A stretch of DNA of 64,000 bases from positions 15,460,101 to 15,524,100 of the forward strand of contig NC_092677.1 in the NCBI RefSeq assembly GCF_964355755.1. The letters are read 5' to 3'. Under the pieces are notes generated by a model. The model was given only the letters and a program-made list of their open reading frames with translations. It had not been told where the DNA came from and did not search any database. The translations under genes and the position numbers were made by a program. The DNA comes from Antedon mediterranea (lineage: Eukaryota > Animalia > Echinodermata). This document shows, piece by piece, positions 26,801-38,451 of this stretch (position 1 is its first letter; every line of letters begins with the position of its first letter).

Positions 26801-29800
26801 AGTTCAGGAGATGAAGTGTGTGTGGGCAGAAACTAGTGTGTTGGAGGTTGGTGGTGTGAGGTGTATAGTTGTCACTTTAAGACCTAAATTAGATGTTTTC
26901 TGAAGAAAAGAAGTAAGCGGATACGCTTTCAAACAACTCCAAGAAGATTCACACAAAAATAATTACTTTCCAATAAAATAGTATAACAGTGTATATTACA
27001 GTACATTGAATAAACTCGAGCGGAATAATAACGCACATAAAAAACCTTCATTTTCTTGTCGAAAAGTGCCCTCTCTATTTTTCTATTAATTTATTAATAA
27101 TTATTATCAATTAATGAGTAATATAAACATATTTTTTACATTTAATGCTGGAAACTGTATCTACTCCTAACAAAGTTTCATATCTCCAAATTTCATCAAC
27201 GTATTCAAAGCAATTAAATAAATTACATTTAACATTACAAATTCAGGTTTTGGATATAATTTTGCTTAAAAACATATACAAAAAACATCGATAAAAAATA
27301 CTTTTCGTATTCAAAAACATTTGATACTTGGTATAAATGTTCAATATAGGTTGCTCCATCCATATTGCAAACAAAAAGTAACTATCAAGCCATATCACTG
27401 ATTTTTTAAATTTACGTTTTTACAAAATGTACACTTATGAAAGAACATACAATTCCAACTCATTTTTTTCATTTCAAGCTAATAACTATTTTGAAAAAAC
27501 AACCAACAAAAAACGTTCATGAATGCAATTTTTTTCTGTGAATAGAGCAACCTATAGTGAACATTTATACCAAGTATCAAATGTTTTTGAATACGAAAAG
27601 TATTTTTTATCGATGTTTTTTGTATATGTTTTTAAGCAAAATTCTATCCAAAACCCGAATTTTTATGTTAAATGTGATATTTAATATTGAAGTGCTTTGA
27701 ATACGTTAATGAAATTTGGAGATATGAAACTTTGTTGGGAGTAGAACCAGCTTCCAGCATTGAATGTTAAAAATATGTTCATATTACTCATTAATTAATA
27801 ATAATTATTAATACATTAATAGAAAACTAGAGAGGGCACTTTTCGAAAAGAAAATGAATGTTTTTTTATGTGCGTTATTATTCCGCTCGAGTTTATTCAA
27901 TGTACTGTAATATACACTGTTATACTACTTTATTGGAAAGTAATTATTTTTGTGTGAATCTTCTTGGAGTTGTTTGAAAGCGTATGCGCTTACTTCTTTT
28001 CTTCAGAAAACATCTAATTTAAGTCTTAAAGTGACAACTATACACCTCACACCACCAACCTCCAACACACTAGTTTCTGCCCACACACACTTCATCTTCT
28101 GAACTAACATAGTACAGTATAAGTCAAATAAATTGTTCTAATTTTTTTTTTATTGCTGCCTCAAAGAATATTATATAATAGTAACAATATCAGAAAGGTA
28201 GATAGGTATTGTAATAATTTTTAAATTTAAAAATGTTTAAAAAAATATGAATATATGTTTATACATACATAATAAATGAAATATATTAACTACTATTTTA
28301 GTAATGCATACACAAGTACAGAATATCAGAAATCAATGAATCATGTGTCTAAATGTGGCATTATTAGGCTAATTTGCTTTGAGAAAAACATTGATGCCAT
28401 TGGCCTATACAAAAATCAAGGCAATTAGACAAAATATTTACATAAACAATTAATACTAATATTGGTAGGCATAAAATAATAGTGTATATAAACTTTCCTT
28501 AAATAATAACAGTATAGGGCCTTACCAATTTATTTAATACATAATATATGAACTATATTACACAAAAAAAGTATAAATGAATTTATAAGGACATGATGAT
28601 TATCAAAAATAGTCAATATAATTAAATTTTAAACTCATTACCGGCATTATAAATAATATTTTAAAAAGATAATGCAAGTAAATATCAGATTCATAGTCCT
28701 CATTATACACAATGATTTCCTACTATCACATATTAAAATATAAAACAATCATGTAGCCTTTAATGACTTTACATGGAGGTCTATTCAAATAAATTTAAAT
28801 AAAAGGGTCATAATATGTCTTCGTCTCCAGTTCGTGGAAATTGAAGTTAGGATTCCATCATTTCAACAACAAAAAATATTCAAAATATCCTGCCAGTTTC
28901 ATTCAAGACCTGCAACCTGCTTAGTTTTTAATACGAGTACTGCTTTCTATACACATAACTTTGATTTCTGCAAAAAAAACAAAACTCTGTAATAATGTAC
29001 TTTAATTACTGTAATAATCTAGGTATAGATTATGTTGACCGGGCCAGTGAGAGGGCGATCGACTGTACTACCATAAGTCCTGTAGGTGTATACAACTTAT
29101 TTCTTGTCTACAAAGTGTATAGTAGTATGCTAATAGTACTATTATAGTTTGGAGAGATACATTTATCTATAAAAGAGTACTGTATATATGGAACTATCTG
29201 TGTTAGCCGCCTTTGTATTTTTAGATATAATACCAATAGGTACTATGTATTGGGAAACAATTCAACAGTTATGAATAAAAAAAGTCCTATGTACTCTGTA
29301 TGTTGGAGGAAATAAGCATAAGAGCAAATAAAGCCTTGACCACAGGGTGTAAGTCACTATTTTGAATCAGTAGTATGACTTCTTAAGAAGTAATTTAAAA
29401 CTTATCATTGTATGATCAAAAAGAAATATTATAATATCTAACTTTCTCCTTTATATGAATATATTATTTTATCCAAGGGGTTGCAAACACAAGTGTTCAC
29501 ATGTCTTGTTATGTATTGCACCTTTGTCTTTATGTTGTCTGTAATGTCACTGCACTAACGGGTGACCGGTAAACGAGCTTCGCTCTTACGGTTATCCATC
29601 CATATAAGTTGTTCATCTCTTATGTTCAGAAATTGAAATGGTAAATAAACTGAAACTGAAACTGTGCTTATGTGGTACAGGTTGACGAGCCAGGAATGAT
29701 GGTAGTGCCAGTATACCGTGTAGTTTAGCCTCAAGGCAATACCATGTACCGTAGCTGGAGTAGCTTGGACAAATACAGTAGAGATTTATGAGACTTGGTG

Positions 29801-31060
29801 TGTGATGATTCAGTATGATAAATTTGTGCTGTGAAAGACAAAATTGTAGAATTAGGAAGAAAATATTGTAAAATATAACAAGGAAATTATACTATAGTAT
29901 AATTAAGGGGTAACCGTATAATACATAATTAATAGTAATAAAGGCAATGGCAATTACTTATATTATGTATACATTACAATATTACAAATAAATTCATATA
30001 TTATTTTATTATAAGGAAATCTGTTTTAGAATGAGAAAAAGCCGTCCCAACACAGATTTGAACCCAGCTATCAATAAAGCTATAAAACAAAATAGACCAT
30101 ATTGTAGCCGGACTGGGTAGCGTATACTTACTTGAGGCCTAGGCATAGTACGATTGGCTAGAAGGATACAGGTCAACCCGTACCCATGCCATGCCAACAT
30201 GCTCGTACCCAAATTTTGGTTTACATATATCCAAAATTTTGGCTTACTCGTACCCATCATGGGCTGCCTAGTAGTAGTAGTAGTAGTAGTAGTAGTAGCC
30301 TAGCCTAAGGCAGCAGGCCCGGCCCTAGCCTACTACAACTTAAGTCTAGGCCTAGTCTAGTACTAGTAAGCCTCTCTAGGCCTAGCCCAGGCCCTAGTAG
30401 TTAACATCATACATACGCCCTAGAGCCTAGTAGTAGCTACCTACTACTCACTAGCTAGGCCTAGGTAGTAGCAGTAGTAGTTATTGTAGTAGTATTATTG
30501 TATTGTAGTATTAGTTGTAGCTGTCCGGTGATCCTTGGTCACTTGTCTAGATCCCCTAGTAGGCCTAGGCTAGGCCTAGTAGTAGTACGTAGTTATTCTT
30601 CAACAGTCACACAATTCAGATTCTGCCGGCCGCTGATTGCTAGTGAACAGGGGGAGGGAGAGAAAGAGTTAGAAGAACTGAAATAAGCCGTGACGTATAA
30701 TAAACATCATACAAAATAATAATATAACTAACGAATCCGTATAATATAATAATGTTGTATGTTATAAAGTAAAGTAAATGCGTTTAATATAATACAATTA
30801 TATTATAATATAATGTATTTTATTAATAATATAATATTAAATGTTCATAATATAATGCTAAAACCAAATAATATAATACAAAAAGTCAATAATTTGTTAC
30901 ATTTTTCACATAATATATTAGAAATAGATATAATATAATGCTAAAACCAAGTAATATAATGCAAAACGTATAATTCATTACAATACAATATATAATATAA
31001 TAAAAAAATGATATAATAATATAATATTTTGAATACTTCAGACAGCTGAGGCTTGCCATA
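23843..31060. mobile_element. Giant palindromic element C, 7218 bp
   Basis: Same termini; TSD TTTTTC (23837-23842, 31061-31066); spacer 27357-27544 inverted relative to A and B. Confidence 0.95.
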
Positions 31061-32699
31061 TTTTTCAGTTTTTAATGCTGTTTACAAACATCTTTTCTTG
31101 ATAATTTTATTGAGAAATTTGTAGACATTTACAACGGATTGTATCAAAGATTAACGTATTTGGAGGTTAACGTATTTTGTACGCATGACTCGCGGCAGTA
31201 GTATCTCGACCGATTCAATATCTCGAACGAATTACACATCATATATTTGATATAGTTTAGTTATATTATAGTTAATGTTAAGTTTAATGTTTTATTTTTT
31301 AAATTGTGTTTCACTTCTTATATAGTTAAAACCGTAAAATGTTAGTAGTGTATTGCACACAGAAAAAAGACGAATTTAATTAAAGTATAAAATGTTTAAT
31401 GCGTACACGCGCAATTAGCAATAATTAATTTTTACATCGGCTTGAAAAGGTTAAACACATAAAACGAATCAAAATCGTTTATACGATACAAAACTAAACA
31501 CGCCATAACATAATTTAGGTCTTAATCAATAATAAATACACGAACAAGAAGTTATTATCTGGTGACGTGCAACAAGGATCCCATTATATTCCAGAGTATC
31601 GTAGATAATTTTTAGTCATCACATCTTTGATAAAAAATAGTAGTTTCAACAACTGGTTTTCTTTGTTGGTAAGATCATACTTTGTTTTTTGTTTAAATAA
31701 AATACTTTTTAATTAAACACAATAAGTAAATTTTACAATATATTCCTGTTTTAAGCCAATTGTTTTAGTTAGATCATAATCAATTCATATAATAATCATT
31801 CTATATAACATAACACATTGTTCTTTGCCATTTTATTTAGTAACATGTCGCTCAGTATTAGTTCTAGTAAACGGAAAAGTGAAAATATAGAGAATGGATT
31901 TGTTTGTAGTTTTGTGCAAAGCGAGAATAAGAATTTTCTTCATTTTCAAAATAAGAGCTCTCTTTTAACTGTTGTTACTAAGAGTTTGAATGTTACCGTT
32001 TTATACATTTTAGTACTATTTTTGGCATTTTTTAGTCCGTTTATGCAAACGATTCTCGGTAGTATTGGTTTCCGAAGTATCATATGTAATATACAACATC
32101 ACATGTTTCACATGTGACATAACCCTTAACCTAACCTTACATGATACACGCACCAATGTTATGCAAATGATATGCCGTATTACCAAATTCCTATTATGCT
32201 TCGGAAATAGATAGTATGTGCAGATACGGCACTTTGGAATTAAGTGGTTTATGTATAATATGTATTTAAAACAAATCTTTTTTGACGAAGACAAATAAAG
32301 TTTCTTGCATCTCGTATCTTGAAAATAATTTGATTCTGAATTATTGGGTGGCTCATATCAAGCTCTGTCTACACTATCAAAGTTTTTGTGACGAAACAAA
32401 TGTGCCCATAATGGACATGTTGATGCCATATCACTACCATCACACTTAACTCGTGCAAATTTGACATTTCTATTAAAATATTATGTTATTTACTATAGCA
32501 ATCTAGCTATACCATCGGTAGTGTTAGAAACGTGCCCATCTTATCATTTTAGAAGTTTGTAATAATATTGTTTGATAATAAAGTTTCTAATACACAGCGT
32601 AAAAACAACACAACTGTAGTAGATAACAGAATACAGTCACTGATAAACATTCCACTTGGCGAATTTATCTCAGTCGAAGCGTTGTGTTGATAAGCGGAT

Positions 32700-35698
32700 A
32701 ACATATATAACTCGGATAGGCGTAGATGGGTGTTAGCACCTGTGAAACTAGTACAAGAAAACGGTACAAATAGCAATGTTATTCTGTATGTCTGGAATGC
32801 ACGATCTATGTGCAAAAAAACTACAACTATCTTCGACCTATTAATTGAGTTCGAAATTGATATTTTGGTTATCACAGAGTCTTGGCTCAGTGATGAAGAC
32901 GCTTCAGTTGTTCGTCAGGAGTGCACACCAATCGGATACGATTTTCATAACTTTCCGCGTAAAGAAGGTAGCGGGGGTGGTAGTGATCATTCATAAGGCG
33001 CAGCTGAAATGTATTAGATCACCTATCTCGGGTTCCTTTAAATCGTTTGAGCATGGATGTATTTATGATCCCAACAAATACCTGAGATTAATTGTTGTAT
33101 ACCGTCCGCCGCCGTCGAACGAAAACGGATTAAAACATTCACAGTTTATTGATGAATTTACCGAATTCATGTATGAAATTGATGGTCTGTCTGGAAAACC
33201 ACTGATTGTTGGGGATATGAATGTACACGTAGATAACCATGTAGACAATTTTGTTGCTCAATATCTACAAATTTTACGTGATCATGATTTTATTCAAACT
33301 GTAAAGCAACCGACTCATGCCAAAGGTCATATTCTGGATCATGTTTTGTGTCGCGTCGACGATAGTACTGTCACAGATTGCACAGTTCTACCTCATAGAT
33401 ACGGTTCAGATCACCATATCGTGAAAGTCGCGCTTGACTATGATAAACAAGATCAGTCTAAAATATATTGTAAATCACGCTCTTTTAGAAACTTAGACAT
33501 TGACTCATTTCAACTTTCGCTTAAAGACAAACTTGCTGTAATCTTCCAATTAGACGACCCTGACAAGCAAGCCATAATGTACGATAATGCTGTTAGATCG
33601 ATTCTTGACGATGTCTGCCCAGTGAAAACACGTGTGCGCAAATTAATTGTTAGCAAGCCAAGCTGGTACACGATAAGATTGACAGCGAGCGACGTATCAG
33701 ACGAGGACTTGAACGAAGATGGAGAAAGAGCGACATAGATAAGGCTATTTTTGATGCTCAACAAAAACTTGTATGCAATCTTGTAATTAAGGAAAAACTA
33801 CATATTTTAAATCTATTTTTGTAAACTCTAGACCCAAAGAAATGTATAATGCACTGTATAAACTGTTAGGTAAATCTAAGAGTAGTATTCCTACGTGCCA
33901 TTCAAACAAGGTTTTATGTCAAGATTTTGCTAATTATTTTAGAGACAAAGTTGTAAATATTAAGGCTTTTATTGATGATCGTCTAGTTGAAACTAACAGT
34001 AGTGGTATAGTCACCTTGCCTGTGGAGCAGACACTTATTCCTGAAACTGATTGTAGTCTTACAACGTTCCCATTAGTTAAGACTGATGACATGTTTGAAA
34101 TAATTAATAAAATTCCTAACAAGTCTAGTCCATTAGCCTACATGGCTGCTTAAGAAATGTACTCAGTTGATCTCCCCTGTTTTTACGCACATTGCAAATA
34201 GTTCATACACATTGGGTGTTTTTCCACAAAGTCTAAGAATAGGTGCTGTTACACCTATCATTAAAAAACCCTCACTTGACCAAAATGTTTTGGCAAATTT
34301 CCGACCTGTTTCAAATTTGCCAACTCTTGGAAAACTAATTTAAAGGCCAGTCTTGAGTGCTTTTAATAATGATTGTATTGAAAACGACCTCATGGAGCCG
34401 TTACAATCTGCTTACAAACCCAAATTTAGTACCGAGACAGCACTGTTAAAGCTTAAAACTGATATCCTGCAGGAATTCTCTAAGGGTCGTGTGGTGATAC
34501 TGGTACTTCTAGATTTATCCGCAGCCTTCGACACGGTAGATCACCATATACTTGTAAACAGACTTAAAGATAACTATGGGGTAATAGGAAATGCTAGTAA
34601 CTGGATTAAAACAGATATTGTAAAGTCACTTTAAATGGATCTGAATCAAGTAAATGTCATCTTAGCTCCGGTGTCCCACAAGGGTCCACAATTAGTCCCC
34701 GACTTTTTACCACTTACATTAAACCTATTGCTGACATTATTAAGTCTCATGGGATACTTTTTCATCTATACGCAGACGACACTCAATTGTATACAAGCTT
34801 TAACCCTAAAGTGCCAGGGAATCTCGAAGTTGCCATTTATAGAATTACTAAATGTATTAATGATCTTAGTATTTGGATGTACAAAAATCAACTTAAACTT
34901 AATGAATCAAAAAGAGTTATTAGTTTTAACTCCACCTAAAGTCGACATTAGTAATAGAAATATTTAACTGAATATTGGTGAAATTATTGTTAAACCCTCC
35001 AACACAGTTATAAATCTTGGTGTGGTGTTTGATGTTTTTCTTCGTATGACACCCCACATTGATAATGTCTGCCGTACTGTAATTTTTTTCTTAAGGGCAT
35101 TGCGTAGAATAAGAAATTGTTACCGAGGCTATGAGGTCACTAATTCTATCCAGGTTAGATTATTGTAACTCACTATTTGTTGGAATGTCCAAACATAACA
35201 TTTCGAGATTACAAAAGCTTCAGAATCGGGCTGCCATGTTAATTTACCAAATACCTATGTTTGTTAGTTCTAGACCTCTGCTTTATGAATTGCATTGGCT
35301 ACCTGTTGAAAGTAGAATCACTTTTAAAGTGTTACTTCATGTCTACAATTGTATAAATAATAATGCGCCCTGTTATCTGAGCAATCTCTTACGGGTGTAT
35401 AGATGTGCTAAGAGAGGCCTGAGGTCCGAGATAGATCACACTAGATTGGATCACTGTCTCGAAAAGCGGACCTCTGGAAATAATACTTTCTCAAAATTTG
35501 GACCGGTGATGTGGAACGAACTCCCGTCTGTGATCCGGGAACAAACCACGGTTTTAGAATTTTAAAAAGCCCTCAAAACACATCTATATCCTAAGAATTA
35601 ACTCATTGTTGGGTCTGTTGATGTAAAGCTAAGCGCTTTGATCATTTTATACTAATTTGGAAAAGCGCTATATAAATAAAATAATAATAATAATAATA
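32700..35698 (+). mobile_element. Degenerate L2-clade LINE ORF2 (APE endonuclease + reverse transcriptase)
   Basis: VWNARS, ITESWL, VVYRPP, IVGDMN, GSDH (APE); QSAYK..STETAL, LLDLSAAFDTVDH (RT); SRLDYCNSL...LHWLPV (L2-type C-terminus); several frameshifts; 3' AAGCGC..GCGCT stem and (TAA)n tail. Confidence 0.9.
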
Positions 35699-35840
35699 CC
35701 AGAAACTAGAAGCAATGATTAATCGAAACATTTAACACAAATGTATTTGTTATTTTTCAGAGAGCTGTTTTCAATTTTTTCATCATTTTTTTTATCCAGT
35801 TTACAAGTATTGTTTTGGCTAATCACGTTTTGTGATCTCA

Positions 35841-38451
35841 ATGTTTTGGATAGCTGCAGTCCTCTTACTTTCTAGGCCTACCGCACAAGGTAACTATAGC
35901 ACTAGAATTTGGTAAAATTAACCGAGTCTCCGACTAAAGTGCAAAATCCAATGTTATTGCCTGCCCGGTGGAATTTACCTAATTAACTCTCGCTCTCTCG
36001 AAGTGCCATATCATGAGACTTCGGCGATCAGTTTGTGTCAAAATTCTTTGTCTATTGCCATGTTCAGCAACTCCACTTCTTTGGTATTCTCACCTCTATT
36101 CCGAATCCATTCAGCTATGCTGGCCAACCAACAATCAACTGACTAAAAAGTCAAATAAAACGTTCGACACGAGTTAACATGAACTTCACTAGGCGAGTCA
36201 ATCATGGTTAAATGTCTTTAAAACCATGGTAAAACTAACCGAATGAAAATATAAAAAATTGTCAAATTTTCCGATTAAATTGGGTAAAGTTAGCGTGATT
36301 AAATTTACCATTTAAGTTCAACCATAAACTAAAACCATGAACTATAGAAAAGGGACTGAGAAAATGATGTGGATAATGGCGAAAATGTTGACATGATAAT
36401 GAAAACCCAGTATTAGCGGTCAACATTCCAAAAATGAGATATCCTTTTACGTACAAAGGTGTTGTTAGTGACCCATACTATAGTCGTAACATCGGCAAGG
36501 TTTCGAGGCTCACTCGCTCATGGTTCTGGGTCCACGGACAATTTTAAAGAACCTACAGTAGAACATCTTTTGAGATGATAGAGTGTGACCGCGGAGTACA
36601 CACACAGCCACTTTCAAACATCGTCCTTCAATGGGTTTTGGGCAAATGAATAAAAAATAAATACAAATAAAATAATGATAAAAACGGTAATAATAACTAT
36701 GACGACATCCGTCTTACTTTCAGCTCGTACACCAGGGCTTAAATCAGTATTGTTTGTAGTTCGTACAAAGATGAGAACTGAACCAGCACAAATAAGTAAG
36801 CAACCAATCAACATCCGATGTGCACAAGCATGTTTAAGACTAGGTTACGATGAATGTGATTATTTTAGGATTGGGTTTTCCATTTCCGAAGGAAGTGTGC
36901 CTAGATGCGGGATTGAATACGTGATAACAGATAAAGAAGTGTCACGGGAGTACGAAATCAAGGTAGGCTTAATCATCTCTAAGAGTAAAATGTTGCACAC
37001 AAACCACAATGTCAAAACTACAAAGCATTTCACATTTTCTTACCAACCCAATTTATATCAAGCGAAAATATATTATTTACGTGTGTTTAGTTACGTCATT
37101 AATTATTTATAAAAAAAAGCCTACTTTTAAAATAATTAGGCAGACAAACAAACAAAATAAAACAAGTACTATACTTGACAAAGTTAATTTGTTGTTAACT
37201 TATTCTTAGAGAGGCAATGTATAAGCTAATCATACCATATAACATTATAACATCAGTTAACATATCTTCAATAGTGGTGACCGTAAGGTCTATGTCGTCT
37301 GACTTATTTATACCTACTAATTACGACATTATTGCAAAATAGTTAAACCTCGTTTCTGCATATACACCATGCGGTCATTCAACCAACGTCAACATTTTTC
37401 TTCAAAAAATAGTACGCTACTAACAACATTTGCACTTCTAGTGAAGCAAATTCAGTTGTTTGTCGGTAGTTATGTGAGTTTAATTAGACATCTTTCATTT
37501 TCAATTCAGTTTCAAGATGGCGCAATCATAAAGCTAGCAGACGAAGTAAACTACCAGCAAGCATCAGATAAGTGTCTGCAACGGAAAGGAATTCTCGCAC
37601 TTTATGAGCAATTGGTGTCCGCCACCAAATACGGAATGAAAGTAGCATGTGACCAGTGTTGGCTAATAAGTGGAGAAGTAACCTTCAGCAATGAAGAAAC
37701 CGGGTGTGATCTTGTGGATGCATCGACTCGTTTCAACCTGTATCCAGAACGTGATGAACTCTATAGTTGCTTCTACTGCTACATCTACCCAAATCAATCA
37801 CAAGATACACATAGCTACTACCCTGCTAGCAAGCTTCTCTACCTTAGAAGAAACCAAAATACAGGCTATGATTATCTTGAAGCAGAAACTCGATGTCAGA
37901 AAGAGTTTGGAGGTCACCTTGCCCTACCTATGGAGGTGTATAATGTTAGTTTAAGTGGTGTTAAAATGTGCTTGAACAAGAAATTTTGGTTTTCGCACAA
38001 TATGTCTGGAAATTGTTGTCTGGAAGATTATAATGATACATGTTGGTCTAACATTTTGGTTGGAGGGAAATTTAAAATAACGAACCAACAAAAAGATAAG
38101 TTCCGAAGGGCTTTTTGCTCGGTATCAAACATCGGTCACAATGAGTACCCTTATCCACCTCATTTTATAATAGCCATTAGAGGAGAAGATAGGGACACAC
38201 TCACATTCGACGAGGCGTTGGTGAATTGTGGTGACATTGGTGGTACACTAGCAACAAAAGAGCAAGTGTACCAGGCTTATTTGATGGGGTATATATCTAC
38301 CACATTTGGTTGGATTTTTGAACAGAAAACATTAAAGTTATGTCCCATAGTGTATAACAGTAATTGTGAGTCGATAGGTTTATTTGAAAACACAGAACAA
38401 CCCACTACAGAGCATGATGCATATTGTTACGTTCATCCTAATGATATTTAG
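35841..38451 (+). CDS. Secreted PAN/apple-like + three Link-like module protein, copy 3 (409 aa)
   Basis: Exons 35841-35889, 36724-36962 and 37510-38451 in frame with GT-AG sites; last exon has the same 942-nt length as copy 2; ends ...HDAYCYVHPNDI*. Confidence 0.85.

Noticed and set aside
9213-31060. Polinton/Maverick identity or pure assembly artefact for the palindromes
   Set aside because: No pPolB, integrase or capsid genes and no AGT-repeat termini. Distinct TSDs, arm-specific indels and an empty-site duplicate argue against an artefact, though read-level confirmation is still needed.
37369-37509. N-terminal extension of the 360-aa ORF
   Set aside because: Intron read-through; the paralogue-conserved acceptor ends at 37509.
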